The notes: generated by a model not told the origin, from the letters alone. Positions 39,719 through 51,118 are shown, numbered from the stretch's first letter. The stretch is DNA of 64,000 bases from Methanoregula sp. (GCA_039698055.1 JBDKTL010000021.1:1-64000), one strand, 5' to 3'. A program made the numbers and translations.

Positions 39719-40653
39719 GCGGTGAGACACTCCAGGTCTATTTTCTCGGTACGGCAGGTGCGCTTCCGACACCGGTGCGCAATCCCCCCTGCATCATGAT
39801 CCGGCGCGGCAACGATACCCTGCTCTTTGACTGCGGCGAAGGCGCACAGCAGCAGATGATGCGTGCCCGGTGCGGGTTTACGATCAATGCAATTTTCATT
39901 ACCCACTGGCATGCCGACCATTTTCTTGGCATTTTCGGGCTTGTCCAGACGATGTCGTTTAACGGGCGGACCGATCCACTCACGATATACGGGCCCCTCT
40001 GGGTGCACGAGTTTGTCGCCACGCTCCAGCAGATCAGCAAGGGCAACCTGAAGTTCTCCATCCAGTCCGTTGAATTGTCGCACGGCTCGTGGGTGAGGTT
40101 CGACGGTTACACGGTCACCAGCTTTGCCGTGAGCCACGGGATGCCGGCGCTCGGCTATTCTCTTGAAGAAGACCCCCGCCCGGGCCGGTTTGACCGCGAG
40201 CATGCGATTGAACTGGGCGTTCCCCCGGGTCCGCTGTTTGGCCGGCTCCAGCGGGGGGAGACAATCACGGTCGAGAAAGACGGTGAAACGACCACGATAA
40301 AACCGTCAGACGTGATGGGCGAAATGCGCCCGGGCAGGAAAGTCGTCTACACGGGCGATACCCGGCCGGTCATTCCGGCGCTTGAGGATTTTGCCAAAAA
40401 TGCGGATCTCCTCATCCATGATGCGACCTATGATGAATCAGAAAAAAAGCGTGCCGCAGAATTTTACCATGCCACCGCCACTCAGGCCGGTGAAGCAGCA
40501 GCGGCATCGCACGCAAAAACCCTCGTGTTAATCCATGTCAGTTCCCGTTATACCGATACGGTAAATCACATCCGCGACGCAAAGGAGACATTTTCCGGGA
40601 CGATTATTGCGCCGGATGATCGTGATATGATCGAAGTTCCCTTCCGGGATTAA
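39715..40653 (+). CDS. rnz: Ribonuclease Z
   Basis: FLGTAGALPT, FDCGEG, THWHADH, GP-rich exosite arm, YTGDT, IHDATY, HVSSRY. Confidence 0.96.
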   Translation: MSGETLQVYFLGTAGALPTPVRNPPCIMIRRGNDTLLFDCGEGAQQQMMRARCGFTINAIFITHWHADHFLGIFGLVQTMSFNGRTDPLTIYGPLWVHEFVATLQQISKGNLKFSIQSVELSHGSWVRFDGYTVTSFAVSHGMPALGYSLEEDPRPGRFDREHAIELGVPPGPLFGRLQRGETITVEKDGETTTIKPSDVMGEMRPGRKVVYTGDTRPVIPALEDFAKNADLLIHDATYDESEKKRAAEFYHATATQAGEAAAASHAKTLVLIHVSSRYTDTVNHIRDAKETFSGTIIAPDDRDMIEVPFRD

Positions 40654-40924
40654 CCAGGCGGGCAATTTTTTTATTATTATTCTTATGAAAAATTCTGTAA
40701 ATTTTGTTCCCCTTAAAAAAATGTTTATGAGTCCATAATGTCTCTCATACCTGCTAGTACGACAACTCTGCACTGCTAAAACAGGACACATGCACAAAGC
40801 CGGGAGCGAGGCATTGCCAGCGCTCGATAAAACCGTGAGAACAATTTAATCCGTGTGCGCTTTTTTTGGCGGGATTTATAAAAAAAAGTGAGCGCCTAAA
40901 AGAAGCACGCTATTTAAAAAAAAA

Positions 40925-41617
40925 TCAACTGCCAAAGAAACTACTGTTCAGGTCACCCGGATTGGAATATCCGCGCTGCTCCCAGTACCCGCGGTACGAA
41001 GGGTCATCAGAAAGTTCGATCTTTTCGATCCACTTGATCCATTTGTACCCCCACTTATCTTCAGCAACGAGCGTGAACGGATAGCCGCGTTCTACCGGCA
41101 TGGTAACATTGTTCATCCGGTATGCCATGAGAATATCGTGCTGGGTAAAGTATGCAAGCGGAAACGACGTGGTGTACCCGTCGTGCGCAGTAAAGATCAC
41201 AGTATTGGCACGGGGATCGGGGCCGGCTGCTGCAATAAGATCCCGGATACGGACGCCTTCCCAGAGGATGGTTGCGTCCCAGCCCTCGACGCAGTGGAGG
41301 GTGACCACTTTTGAATAATGAGGGTACGTTCCAAGGATTTCATCGTACGTGGAGACAACCGTCCGGTTCGTCAGGCCGGTAATGGTCAGGCGGTAATCCG
41401 CGATATTGATATGCTGGGGCCCGGCAATGGAATTTTCCCGGAAATCGTTCACTGACGAAAGATCCTCCCCGTTATAAGACCGGACCTCAACAGCGGCAAG
41501 AGGTGTCGTGCCCACGCCGGTCCCAAAATCAGCTGTCGATGGCCGGAGTACCAGTATTCCGGCGATCACAACGATAAGGCAAATGCAGAGTCCCAAAAGG
41601 ATTGCACGTTTGTCCAT
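40925..41617 (-). CDS. Membrane-anchored molybdopterin-dependent oxidoreductase (sulfite oxidase/MsrP-like)
   Basis: LHCVEGW, WEGV, GYTTS, ERGYPF, WGYKWIKW, GYWEQRGY. Confidence 0.9.
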   Translation of the reverse strand: MDKRAILLGLCICLIVVIAGILVLRPSTADFGTGVGTTPLAAVEVRSYNGEDLSSVNDFRENSIAGPQHINIADYRLTITGLTNRTVVSTYDEILGTYPHYSKVVTLHCVEGWDATILWEGVRIRDLIAAAGPDPRANTVIFTAHDGYTTSFPLAYFTQHDILMAYRMNNVTMPVERGYPFTLVAEDKWGYKWIKWIEKIELSDDPSYRGYWEQRGYSNPGDLNSSFFGS

Positions 41618-41818
41618 GAAGCATCATGGACACGGGGGCACATCAAGCCTTGGATCCGGGCAGGATGCTGGTTTTAGCTATGTGGGGGCATTGATGGTGC
41701 AGGAGATGTGCGGCGAAAAATAATATAAAAATTTGCCGGGTCCGGCAGGAACCCGATTGCCATAGTCGCAACCTCCATAATCTCCGGCACCCAAGTCCTG
41801 CATAGGGAAGGTATCCTG

Positions 41819-42088
41819 ATGGACAGAAATAGTATCAGATGGCTGCTGGATATGGTAATGATTGTGGCATTCATGCTTTCTTTTGTGACCGGGCTGCTGA
41901 AGTTCACGCTGCTCCTGCGGTGGACCGGGCTCAGTACAATAATACTCCCCTCGGCAGGTATTTCGGATCTGCATGACTGGTCGAGCGTGCTTCTTGGTGT
42001 GCTGGTCTTTGTCCATCTCATTCTCAACAGGGCCGGTATCATCACCATGACAAAAAAAATCTTTACGGGTAAAATTTCCGGCGATTAA
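41819..42088 (+). CDS. DUF4405-like small membrane protein (two His on TM helix)
   Basis: VTGLLK..LHDWSSVLLGVLVFVHLILN. Confidence 0.75.
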   Translation: MDRNSIRWLLDMVMIVAFMLSFVTGLLKFTLLLRWTGLSTIILPSAGISDLHDWSSVLLGVLVFVHLILNRAGIITMTKKIFTGKISGD

Positions 42089-42512
42089 ATAATATTGTCA
42101 ATGCCGGGAAAATAAAAAATTGCCGGAAAGTCTTCTGCCAGAAACAGGGAGATACTAAATGGCGTGGACGATTCACCGGCTTTACAATGAATTTTCCTCT
42201 CAAGCAATAGTTCCGGCAAACCTTTTACCGTTCCCGTTCGCATCCATCAATCAAAGGCACGCGACAGGAACGATTGCCGGATCATTGGCCGGTAGAAGAT
42301 CGCCCTATCGTATCGGGGGGTGTCAGGAAAATAATTTTTTAGGAGAAAAAGTCCACCAAATTTTTGTGGATTAAAAAAACAAAAGAATCCTGATGATCGG
42401 ACACGGCATGATTGCGCGATTGATATAATCGATCGGTAGTCCAGGCAAAAAAATTAAATTTCCTACGATGATGACCGTGTGTAACCGGCATTTTTACCGG
42501 AATTTACCATTT

Positions 42513-43943
42513 TTACCAGCCCATGAATAATGTCTTGGTCCGGGAATAACTGTCCAGCGCATGATACCCGTTCTCCCTGCCGATCCCGCTTTCATTCATT
42601 CCGCCAAAGGGAATCTCGGGAGGGATGGTGAGATGGCGGTTTACCCAGATAATGCCGGCGTTTACTTCACGATATACCCGTTTTACCGTTGCCAGATCCG
42701 TTGTCCAGATCGAAGCACCCAGCCCGTACCGGGTCCGGTTTGCTTCAGCAATGGCAGTATCCAGGTCGGGGACCGTCATGACAGGAAGGACCGGTCCAAA
42801 AATTTCAGTGGTGACGAGACCTGACCGGGGATCGACATCCGTAATAAGGGTCGGTTTATAGAAAAATCCGGCATCATATTCCCCGCCAGTTAACGCAGAA
42901 CCGCCAGTAAGAATCGTGCCTTCATTTCCTTCCCGGACACGGGCCATACAGCTGTTCATCCGGTCAAGCTGCTCCCTGCTGACAAGGGGGCCGATGTCCG
43001 TCCCGGGAGTAAGGCCGTTTCCTATTTTCATGTTGTCAGTCCGTTCCTGTAATTTTTTTACAAACGCAGGAGCGATTTTTTCGTCAAGGTAAAGGCGTTT
43101 GACCGCGGTGCAGATCTGCCCGGCATTATAAAACCGCCCGCGAAGCGCACCTTCGACGGCACGGTCAAGATCGGCATCAGCCATAACAATCATCGGATCG
43201 GAACCGCCCAGTTCAAGGGTAATGTCCTTGAACTGGTGTGCCGCCATCTCCCGGATCCGGTAACCGGTCGCGCAATCCCCGGTAAAAGAAATTTTTCTCA
43301 CGAGCGGGTGTTTCACAATTGATTCCCCGACGATCTCGCCCGGGCCGGTGACCACATTGAGTACTCCCGGTGGCAGGCCGGCATCACGCAGACACATGAC
43401 GATCTTCAGGTTCGTAAGGGGTGTCGAAGATGCAGGTTTGAGGACAAGAGTATTTCCTGCGAGTAATGCCGGGCCCACTTTCCAGCCCATAATGATCGCG
43501 GGCATGTTCCAGGGAATGATCGCACCGCAGACACCAAGAGGTTCCCGCATGACCATGCAGTCCCCTGCGCTGCCAAGATGGACAGCTTCTCCCGCAGGTT
43601 TTCCGGCAATCGAGGCATAGTATTCAAGGATATTTGCACATCCCCTCACCTCATCAATGGACTCCCGGAGCGGTTTTCCCTGTTCCATGGTGAGAAGTCG
43701 GCCAAGATCCTTGTGCTGCTCCCGGATGATTCCCGCTGCACGGACAAGAACCATGCCCCGTTCCCGTGTCGTCTTTTTCGACCATAAGCCAAATGCCCCC
43801 TGTGCAGATTCGACCGCTGCATCGACATCCGGTGCTGCCCCACGGGGAACCCGGTCAAGCACTTCCCCGGTTGCCGGGTTACTAACATCCATCCAGGCGT
43901 CATCCAGCGACGCGGTTTCTTTTCCATCGATCAACATGTGCAT
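42513..43943 (-). CDS. NAD(P)-dependent aldehyde dehydrogenase
   Basis: IIPWN, FTG, LELGGSDP, NAGQICTA, EIFGPV, PFGGMNESGIGRE. Confidence 0.95.
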   Translation of the reverse strand: MHMLIDGKETASLDDAWMDVSNPATGEVLDRVPRGAAPDVDAAVESAQGAFGLWSKKTTRERGMVLVRAAGIIREQHKDLGRLLTMEQGKPLRESIDEVRGCANILEYYASIAGKPAGEAVHLGSAGDCMVMREPLGVCGAIIPWNMPAIIMGWKVGPALLAGNTLVLKPASSTPLTNLKIVMCLRDAGLPPGVLNVVTGPGEIVGESIVKHPLVRKISFTGDCATGYRIREMAAHQFKDITLELGGSDPMIVMADADLDRAVEGALRGRFYNAGQICTAVKRLYLDEKIAPAFVKKLQERTDNMKIGNGLTPGTDIGPLVSREQLDRMNSCMARVREGNEGTILTGGSALTGGEYDAGFFYKPTLITDVDPRSGLVTTEIFGPVLPVMTVPDLDTAIAEANRTRYGLGASIWTTDLATVKRVYREVNAGIIWVNRHLTIPPEIPFGGMNESGIGRENGYHALDSYSRTKTLFMGW

Positions 43944-44015
43944 GGTAAAATTCCCCCAGCTCCGCTGATCTCTTCTTGTGCGGGGCACATCTTTAAAGGT
44001 ACGGGGACTTTGGCT

Positions 44016-45926
44016 TTAGGAAAGTACGAGAGAATTATTCTCAAAAATTATTTCGCATTCTGTGTTGTCACTGGAGATACCCCGTATTTTTCCCGTCCGG
44101 GTGGTATCATAGGCACCTGACTGTTCAAGCCATGCCCGGTACGGCGATGAGTTGATCAGCGATATCAGCCCGCAAATCCGGGGATCGTTGAGTATTTCCC
44201 GGTGCATGGCCAGTTCGTATTGTTCCCATGAGAGCGGCAGGAACTGGAGACCGTGGGATTGTGCAATTCCGGATGTGCACATACCTGCATCGGCATGACC
44301 GTTCCGTATCGCGGCAGCAACCATTTTCAGGTTGGCAACCTCGTGATGATACCCGTCAATCTGTGACGGGGTAATGCCCCGTGAATCGAGCAGTTGATCA
44401 AATGCCATCCGGGTCGACGAGTCCTTGCGGGTATTGATATACCGCAGCGACGTCAGGTCTTCAAGAGTTATGGCATCATGGGAGGCAATACCCTGCCGGG
44501 TCATGGCGATATGAACAAAGACGAGATCCATCGTTGACAGGTGCGGGAGAATAAACGGGCAGTCAGTGAGCAGGGATGACGCGGGCAGGTTCATCGGCGC
44601 TGCATGGCAGGAGTTGCGTTTGAGCGCGATAAGCGCCCCGGCATTACCGGTATTGACCGCGTGGATGAACGTACCCTGGTCATGGGCGATGATGCCCAGC
44701 TCTTCGAGCGCAGGGTCGAGCGTGCCGGAAAGTATGAGCGTCCGTTCAATACTTGCCGGATCGGTTGTCAGGAATACGTCCAGTTCGTGTCCGGCCGGGT
44801 ATCCTTCAACCGGTGCAGGGATATGGGAATACCCGTTGGCCTTGATGGTGGCCATCTGGACTCCTGAACCCCGGGAATTGGGAACACCCCAGTACGCAGG
44901 GCCGATTCTTCCAACGGTCACCGGAACAAACTCGTCAAATCCTAGATCGGTACCAAGCGGTGTTGCAAGTTTTGCCCGGACACGATGCCGTGGTGCCGGT
45001 GCAAGCCCCCAGGATTCAAGAAGCGGTGCGGCAAATTCCCGCAGGGCAGTCTGTGCGGCAAGGGGATAGCCGGGAAGCCCGATAACCGGTTTTTCGTTGA
45101 TTTTCCCGAGCATCACCGGTTTCCCCGGCTTGACTGCCACACCATGGAAGATGAGTTCGCCAAGTGTGGAGATAACCTGTGATGTATAATCCCTGGTGCC
45201 CGCAGACGATCCTGCCGATATGAGGACAAGGTCATTTGTCTCTACTGCATGCAGCATCGCTTTTTTTATCTCGTCCGGGTCATCGCGGACGATGGGCAGC
45301 CGGGTACAGTGTGCTCCCATGGCATCGAGAAATACCTGTGCCATGATCGTGTTGCTCTCGACCACCTGGCCCGGAGACGGGCGTACCCCAAGAGGGACAA
45401 GCTCGGAACCCGTGGGGATGATCCCGACGTTAACTGTCCGAGCATTGATCTGGACAATCCCATACGTTGCAAGAGCCCCGATATCAAACGCCCGTATGCG
45501 ATGACCCCGGGGCAGGACAAGGCGGTTTTCAAAAATGTCTTCGCCTGCCGCCCGGACATGCTGCCAGGGTGTGGCAGATTTGCGGATCTGGAACCTGTCG
45601 CCATCCTCCCAGGTATCTTCGATCATAATGACCGCATCAAAAGACGGCGGTACGATATTGCCGGTATTTACCCGGGTACATTCCTCAAGGGTAATGGGTG
45701 ACTGGTCGCTGGCGCCAAGAGTATCCCGGCTTTTTACCGCGATGCCGTCCATCGCCGCGATATTTACTTCCGGTACTGAATATTTTGCATAGATCGATTC
45801 GGCAATGATCCGCCCGAGAGATCCGGTCAGCGGAACGGTTTCTGTCCGGCCCGGATCGACAAATGACGTTTTTAAAAGATGCAGCGCATCTTCAAGCGAA
45901 CAGAGCGATAAGTACCGTTTTACCAA
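44016..45926 (-). CDS. moeA: Molybdopterin molybdo/tungstotransferase MoeA fused to a C-terminal PBP-like domain
   Basis: [35 protein letters not shown]-terminal domain with [10 protein letters not shown] and GHADAGM. Confidence 0.92.
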   Translation of the reverse strand: MVKRYLSLCSLEDALHLLKTSFVDPGRTETVPLTGSLGRIIAESIYAKYSVPEVNIAAMDGIAVKSRDTLGASDQSPITLEECTRVNTGNIVPPSFDAVIMIEDTWEDGDRFQIRKSATPWQHVRAAGEDIFENRLVLPRGHRIRAFDIGALATYGIVQINARTVNVGIIPTGSELVPLGVRPSPGQVVESNTIMAQVFLDAMGAHCTRLPIVRDDPDEIKKAMLHAVETNDLVLISAGSSAGTRDYTSQVISTLGELIFHGVAVKPGKPVMLGKINEKPVIGLPGYPLAAQTALREFAAPLLESWGLAPAPRHRVRAKLATPLGTDLGFDEFVPVTVGRIGPAYWGVPNSRGSGVQMATIKANGYSHIPAPVEGYPAGHELDVFLTTDPASIERTLILSGTLDPALEELGIIAHDQGTFIHAVNTGNAGALIALKRNSCHAAPMNLPASSLLTDCPFILPHLSTMDLVFVHIAMTRQGIASHDAITLEDLTSLRYINTRKDSSTRMAFDQLLDSRGITPSQIDGYHHEVANLKMVAAAIRNGHADAGMCTSGIAQSHGLQFLPLSWEQYELAMHREILNDPRICGLISLINSSPYRAWLEQSGAYDTTRTGKIRGISSDNTECEIIFENNSLVLS

Positions 45927-45971
45927 ACCGGGTCACCCGACTGTTGTGAGTTTATTATTCTTTTTTTTAAT

Positions 45972-46718
45972 TTATAATTCCCGTTCAACTTTTCCGACAC
46001 CCGCAAGGTATACCGGCCACTGGGTTTCCGGATCGAGGTTTGCCAGTTTCATGATTAGATCATCGTGGAAAAGATCGACCGGTGCGACTTCAAAGCCATA
46101 ACATGCGGCCGCAGTAATGAGGGCCTGGCAAATGTGGCCGGCTTCGATCAGCACACTGCGATATCCCCGGTTGCCAAGCGCCCATGTGGATCTGTACGGA
46201 ACTGCCACCCAAAGAAAGGTGACGGCGGCACGGGTGACCACCTTGAAATTCATGCTCGCGGTCGCCATTTCAAAGGGCACATCCGAACCTTCCCGTTCAA
46301 GCACGATGCTGTGGGTGCGGGGGAGGTAGCGGTAAAGGCCAGTCGGGAGGTCTTCAACTTCCCCGGCAACAAAATACGTGTCGATCGGGTAGCGGGAGCC
46401 ACTCGAAGGAACGTTCCTGAGCATGATATGTTCTGATACGATCTTCCTGAATCCCTGTGTGCTCCAGAGAAGAAATGACAGTTCTTTTAATGTCATCGAC
46501 GTGCGGGAAAAAAATCCCGCCGGCTCCCATCGGTCAACAATATCCTTAACCTTTGTGTCGGGAACTTTGATGCGTCTGGGGTTGGGGAGTTTTGTTATTA
46601 TGGCCCCTTTCTTGACCGGAAGTTCAAATGGCGGTTCAGGAACCCGCAGGATCATATCGACCGTGGAAAAATCCGGGTACTTTGTTTTTTTGATAAAATC
46701 AGTGCCGATATCGTTCAT
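45972..46718 (-). CDS. SagB/ThcOx-type nitroreductase-fold protein
   Basis: ELSFLLWSTQG, RNVPSSGSRYPI, GLYRY, RGYRSVLIEAGHICQ. Confidence 0.85.
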   Translation of the reverse strand: MNDIGTDFIKKTKYPDFSTVDMILRVPEPPFELPVKKGAIITKLPNPRRIKVPDTKVKDIVDRWEPAGFFSRTSMTLKELSFLLWSTQGFRKIVSEHIMLRNVPSSGSRYPIDTYFVAGEVEDLPTGLYRYLPRTHSIVLEREGSDVPFEMATASMNFKVVTRAAVTFLWVAVPYRSTWALGNRGYRSVLIEAGHICQALITAAACYGFEVAPVDLFHDDLIMKLANLDPETQWPVYLAGVGKVEREL

Positions 46719-46811
46719 TGCTTATCCTTTTATGAGATCATGCATGCGCACGTCCGATGAGAATATACTGCAAGACCTTCCGGCATACAGCAAAAAAATT
46801 GTGGGGATGCC

Positions 46812-47612
46812 TTATGCCAGGACATACAGATTTGCGTAAATTTCTTTTCCCTTGCTCTTGGGATGGCGCTCTCCGAGATCCCCGATATAGTGATCGAACA
46901 GGGAGGTTGTCCCATCGATCTCTTTTTCTTCCTGATCAAGTTTCTGGAAACCTGGGAGCATGTATTTGATCTTGCCCATTACATAGATATCTCCCTTGAC
47001 CATCTGGCCGCCAACCCGGCCTTCCACGTCGCCCTTGATAACGATCGTGCCCCCCTCGGCATGGGTTGATACATGGATGAACGCATTCTTTTCGATAATG
47101 ATCGTGCCGCCCAGCATGAACGTCCCGATATCGTTGCCGGCATTCCCGCGGATCCTGATGGTGCCGCCACGCATTCCCCGCCAGTCGCCACGATATGCGC
47201 AGCCGACATAGTTCTCGGCATTGCCGTCAACGATGATCTCGCCGCCTTCCATCGCGATGCCGGAAAAGGAGTGGACATTGCCCTTGATATGGATTTTTCC
47301 TCCCTTCATCCAGCCTCCGACGTACATATCCGCATTCCCGTTCACCGTGATGGTACCGGCGGTCATCTTGTTGCCGATGTATTTTACCCGGGTACAGTCT
47401 CCGGCAATGACAATGTCGGTCTCTGCTGCGGTCTTCCCGGCTGTACCGGAGACTTCAAAGAAGTCCCCGAGCCGGACATGGATCTTTCCTTCGCGACCTT
47501 CAAGATCGGCGATCTCTGCTGCGGTCTTCCCGGCAAATGCATCGGGTGTAATATTATACCCTTCCAGCATGAGCTCGGGCGTCTTTATGGGTTTTAAGGT
47601 TACCGTTGCCAT
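46812..47612 (-). CDS. fwdC: Formylmethanofuran dehydrogenase subunit C
   Basis: GXGXG beta-helix repeats (MxGGxIxIxGN), AYRGDWRGMRGG. Confidence 0.95.
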   Translation of the reverse strand: MATVTLKPIKTPELMLEGYNITPDAFAGKTAAEIADLEGREGKIHVRLGDFFEVSGTAGKTAAETDIVIAGDCTRVKYIGNKMTAGTITVNGNADMYVGGWMKGGKIHIKGNVHSFSGIAMEGGEIIVDGNAENYVGCAYRGDWRGMRGGTIRIRGNAGNDIGTFMLGGTIIIEKNAFIHVSTHAEGGTIVIKGDVEGRVGGQMVKGDIYVMGKIKYMLPGFQKLDQEEKEIDGTTSLFDHYIGDLGERHPKSKGKEIYANLYVLA

Positions 47613-47619
47613 GATCGCC

Positions 47620-49326
47620 TCAGGCCTCCACATCGACATCAATGACAAACGGGTGCGGGGCAAGGTAATCCCGGACCGGGTAGTTGTCGAGACCCACCGT
47701 GTAGTCCTTGGTGAAACTCTGGGTGATATCCCGGGTTACCTGCGGGATCTCTTTCATCTTTGCATTGACCCAGACAGTCTTCTTATGACCGTGGCCGAGA
47801 ATCTCCCCGTCTTTTACCACAATTTCGCCTGATTTGATAAACCAGCTCGACCGCAGTAATGCCGCCTCGATCTTCTCCGGGTCGCTTGGCATGTCCTTGT
47901 AGTTGAGATCGAACACGCCGACATCTGCGCTCATGCCCGGTGCCAGACCGCCATAGATATTGGACAGGCCAAGACACTTTGCCGGACCCGCACGGGTCAT
48001 TGCGGCAACTTCGTAAAGCGTCAGCTCGCGGTCCATGCTCTGAAGATCCGTCGCTGCGATGACCTTATCCTTATGCTTGAAGGAGTCAAGGGTCGCGTCA
48101 CGGGCTTTCTTGCTCATGAGCCACTTGATCACACGCGGGTAGCGGGTGAATGGCCCGGCATTCGGGTGATCGGTGGTAATGAAACAGCGCATGGGATCTT
48201 TTGCGTACAGGCCAAGTTCCAGGCCAATGGCCCACTGGATTGCACAGGTCTTGATGTCCTTGTCATAGACAAAGGGCACGACACCTGCAGCAGTTTCCAT
48301 CTCGACATCGGTGTTTGCCCACTTTAAGTGGTTGAGGGAGTTGAGGTGGTGCTCCATGGGACCGTCAGCGGTCATCGTCGTGGTCTCGTCGAGTGTTACG
48401 CAGCCAAGGTCGACGGTGATATTCTTGTGCTTGTTGACATAGTCCATGACATCTTTTGCCTTGGTCTCAAACGTTCCCCACGAGTCCCCGCCATATGAAT
48501 GGAACTGTATATGGGTCGAGTGCATGACCTGTTCGCGGCCAAACTTGTTCTTTGTCTTGACACCTTCTGCAAGTTTGAGCGTGTCGATTGTTGTGGTGTA
48601 GTTGCCCGGGTTGCCAAGGTTGTTTTGGTGGATATGGATAGAGTGCGGCAGGCCCAGGTACTCGTTAGCTGCCATCAGGCCATTAACGATCTGACGTGGC
48701 GTAATCTCGAAATAGGGAACGACATCATCAAGGCTCAGGCAGTTAAGTCCCCATGCCCATGCAGCCGTGCCGCCCGGGTTGACGACCTTGATACCGTAAC
48801 CTTTGGTTACCCGTATCAGCCATGCGATATATGCCGCAGTGTTTTCGACTTCCCCGTTCTTGAGATACTCCATGACAAACCAGTTGTTGCCAAACACCGG
48901 AAGAGCCGCCTCATCAATGATGGGTGTATCGTGGATCTCTTCATGCACGTGGGGGGAGTGGATGGGCGGCATTGCCGCTTCCATGACAAAACCGTAGCCC
49001 ATCCGTGCATAATCGTACCCAGTCTTGAAGGTGCTCGGGATCGAGAAACCAGATTCCATCCGGTACGGCAGCTGGCCCATCGGGCTCTTGAAAAGTTTGT
49101 CTTCGGGCCTCATCAGCCGGCCGACATTTACCTTTGGTCCTGCAACATGGGCATGGACATCGACACCGCCGGCCATGACAACCTTACCCTTGGCATCGAT
49201 GACCTTTGCACCGGACCCGACCTTTTCGACAAATTTCCCATCCTTGATCGCGACGTCTGCGACATCGCCGTCAATCTTGCGGGTCGGATCGATGACAAAT
49301 CCGTTTTTAATAAGTATTTCAGCCAT
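47620..49326 (-). CDS. fwdA: Formylmethanofuran dehydrogenase subunit A
   Basis: GGVDVHAHVAG, KVVNPGG, HIQFHSYGG, TTDHPNAGPF. Confidence 0.97.
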   Translation of the reverse strand: MAEILIKNGFVIDPTRKIDGDVADVAIKDGKFVEKVGSGAKVIDAKGKVVMAGGVDVHAHVAGPKVNVGRLMRPEDKLFKSPMGQLPYRMESGFSIPSTFKTGYDYARMGYGFVMEAAMPPIHSPHVHEEIHDTPIIDEAALPVFGNNWFVMEYLKNGEVENTAAYIAWLIRVTKGYGIKVVNPGGTAAWAWGLNCLSLDDVVPYFEITPRQIVNGLMAANEYLGLPHSIHIHQNNLGNPGNYTTTIDTLKLAEGVKTKNKFGREQVMHSTHIQFHSYGGDSWGTFETKAKDVMDYVNKHKNITVDLGCVTLDETTTMTADGPMEHHLNSLNHLKWANTDVEMETAAGVVPFVYDKDIKTCAIQWAIGLELGLYAKDPMRCFITTDHPNAGPFTRYPRVIKWLMSKKARDATLDSFKHKDKVIAATDLQSMDRELTLYEVAAMTRAGPAKCLGLSNIYGGLAPGMSADVGVFDLNYKDMPSDPEKIEAALLRSSWFIKSGEIVVKDGEILGHGHKKTVWVNAKMKEIPQVTRDITQSFTKDYTVGLDNYPVRDYLAPHPFVIDVDVEA

Positions 49327-49327
49327 G

Positions 49328-50701
49328 TTAGTTCACCCCGGATGTCGGATATTTCCGGTCTTCTTTTGCGGCAAGCCAGACCGGATGTGTCTGGGTAAGT
49401 TCGCACATACGTTCGTAAACCTTGTCGAAAAGTTCCTCATCGCTTGGGACACCTTCAGGCCCGTCAATGACTTTCTTGAACTGGATGGGCACATTGTCCA
49501 TACGATAGACAACACCGGGTTCGTCGACCCCACAAATCCGGACCGGGATGTGGAGATCGGAGATCTCGCTGGCCATGCAGAAGTTCGGGTCGATCGTGAT
49601 GAACGGGTGCTTCTTGACATGCTTGATTGCATCGATAGGCCAGTGGGCACCGGCATCGGTTCCGACATTCACGAAACAGTCGACCTCGTCACGCATCGCA
49701 AGATCGATCGAGCTGGTTTCACCCGGGTTCATGTGGGCATGGGTACCCTTGGTGAGATCAATGCAGTACGGGAATCCAAACTGCCACGACCAGACCTGTC
49801 CTGGCCCGGCAATATTATAGTGGCCCCGCATCGCCATGATTGATGCTTTTGTTACCGAGTTGAGATCCCGTGTCAGGCTGATTGCGTGATCTATATTGTG
49901 GTTGCGCCCGTCCGTGTGAGTGCAGCCCATACCAAAGAAGATCATCACGAACCGGGCCTTTTTCATAATTTCCACGGATTTGACAATGGTCTCTTTCTTG
50001 ATTCCTGCGACAACATCCGGGATGTCATGGCCACGGAGAACGGTCCGGAACGCATCGAAGAGTTCGTAGTCATGACCCTGGTCGAGCATGAGGTGGATAT
50101 CGGCAAGTTTGGCGGTATCGGTTTCACGGGGATCGACACTGATAATCGTACGGTTCATCTGCCCCTTCTGGGTGAAGAACCCTCTGGGGAAGATTGAATA
50201 CCGGGACGTGTGCCGGGGGTGGGCATGCATCGGGTTGCATCCCCAGAAGACGACGACATCGGCACGGTTCTTTGCTTCGCCAAGGGTGCAGCTCGGGTAG
50301 CCGTTATCGAAAATGGCTAAAAACGAAGGGCCGTGACAGATAGATGCACAGTTATCAAGCACTGCACCGGCTTTTTCAGCAACCCTGCCAACCGCACTCA
50401 TGCCTTCGCAGTTGGTGGAGCCAAAACCATAGATGAGCGGCTTTTTTGCGGCGATCAGGGTCTTTGCCGTGTAATCGATCGCTTCATCATAGGTAATCTC
50501 TTTCATTGAGCCGTCAGGCTGGCGCATCCGTGGTTTTGTCGGGCGTGCAGGATCATTTGCATGATGGAAAATATTTGTCCCGATGACACAGGCATTGCGG
50601 ACTTCAAGGACTTTCTTACCATCATCCGATACAAGGACTTCAAGATCATCGCAGGACGATCCGCAGTACGGACATCCCACTTGTGTGATAAGTTTAGGCA
50701 T
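49328..50701 (-). CDS. fwdB: Formylmethanofuran dehydrogenase subunit B (Cys form, Mo/W-bisPGD)
   Basis: CPYCGSSCDD, ICHGPS (metal-ligand Cys), WGCNPMHAHPRH, MRGHYN. Confidence 0.96.
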   Translation of the reverse strand: MPKLITQVGCPYCGSSCDDLEVLVSDDGKKVLEVRNACVIGTNIFHHANDPARPTKPRMRQPDGSMKEITYDEAIDYTAKTLIAAKKPLIYGFGSTNCEGMSAVGRVAEKAGAVLDNCASICHGPSFLAIFDNGYPSCTLGEAKNRADVVVFWGCNPMHAHPRHTSRYSIFPRGFFTQKGQMNRTIISVDPRETDTAKLADIHLMLDQGHDYELFDAFRTVLRGHDIPDVVAGIKKETIVKSVEIMKKARFVMIFFGMGCTHTDGRNHNIDHAISLTRDLNSVTKASIMAMRGHYNIAGPGQVWSWQFGFPYCIDLTKGTHAHMNPGETSSIDLAMRDEVDCFVNVGTDAGAHWPIDAIKHVKKHPFITIDPNFCMASEISDLHIPVRICGVDEPGVVYRMDNVPIQFKKVIDGPEGVPSDEELFDKVYERMCELTQTHPVWLAAKEDRKYPTSGVN

Positions 50702-50704
50702 ACG

Positions 50705-51118
50705 TCAGTTCCCTCCCTTCCAGAGTCCGACCGATCCCTGTACGAGCTCCAGTGCGGTCTTTATCCGTTCATTAAATGCCGGCTCAATAGTTACCGGAAA
50801 TCCACTGTACTGGGGGGTACCGGTGGATTGTGTCCGTGGCGGGACGACCTGGTTTGCCCAGACACCCTGCCGGATGTGGGCAAGGCCCGGCGGGACAAAT
50901 TGTGTTGGAACAATTGCCTTCACGATGACGGTGCCGCATTCGCTGGTCACTTTGACATTCGAGTTTTTCCAGATCCCGGCTTTTTTCATGTCTTCGGGAT
51001 TCAGTTCGATGATCGAACAGGCGTCAAAGTAGTCAGGGTTTGTCTTCCCTTTCTCCATCGCGGCGCCTTCTTCGACCGAACGCTGGGTGATCATGTTCAT
51101 TGAGAGCTTATTTCCCAT
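50705..51118 (-). CDS. fwdD: Formylmethanofuran dehydrogenase subunit D
   Basis: Molybdopterin dinucleotide-binding fold, GVWANQVV..TGTPQYSG. First gene of the fwdDBAC operon. Confidence 0.92.
   Translation of the reverse strand: MGNKLSMNMITQRSVEEGAAMEKGKTNPDYFDACSIIELNPEDMKKAGIWKNSNVKVTSECGTVIVKAIVPTQFVPPGLAHIRQGVWANQVVPPRTQSTGTPQYSGFPVTIEPAFNERIKTALELVQGSVGLWKGGN

Noticed and set aside
40784-40796. 13-mer GGACACATGCACA shared with 59832-59844
   Set aside because: A single short match with unrelated flanks, compatible with chance.
45972-46718. RiPP (azole) biosynthetic cluster
   Set aside because: No YcaO, E1-like protein or precursor peptide nearby.
49328-50701. Possible selenocysteine in FwdB
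   Set aside because: The metal-ligand position is a Cys codon (ICHGP) and there is no in-frame TGA.
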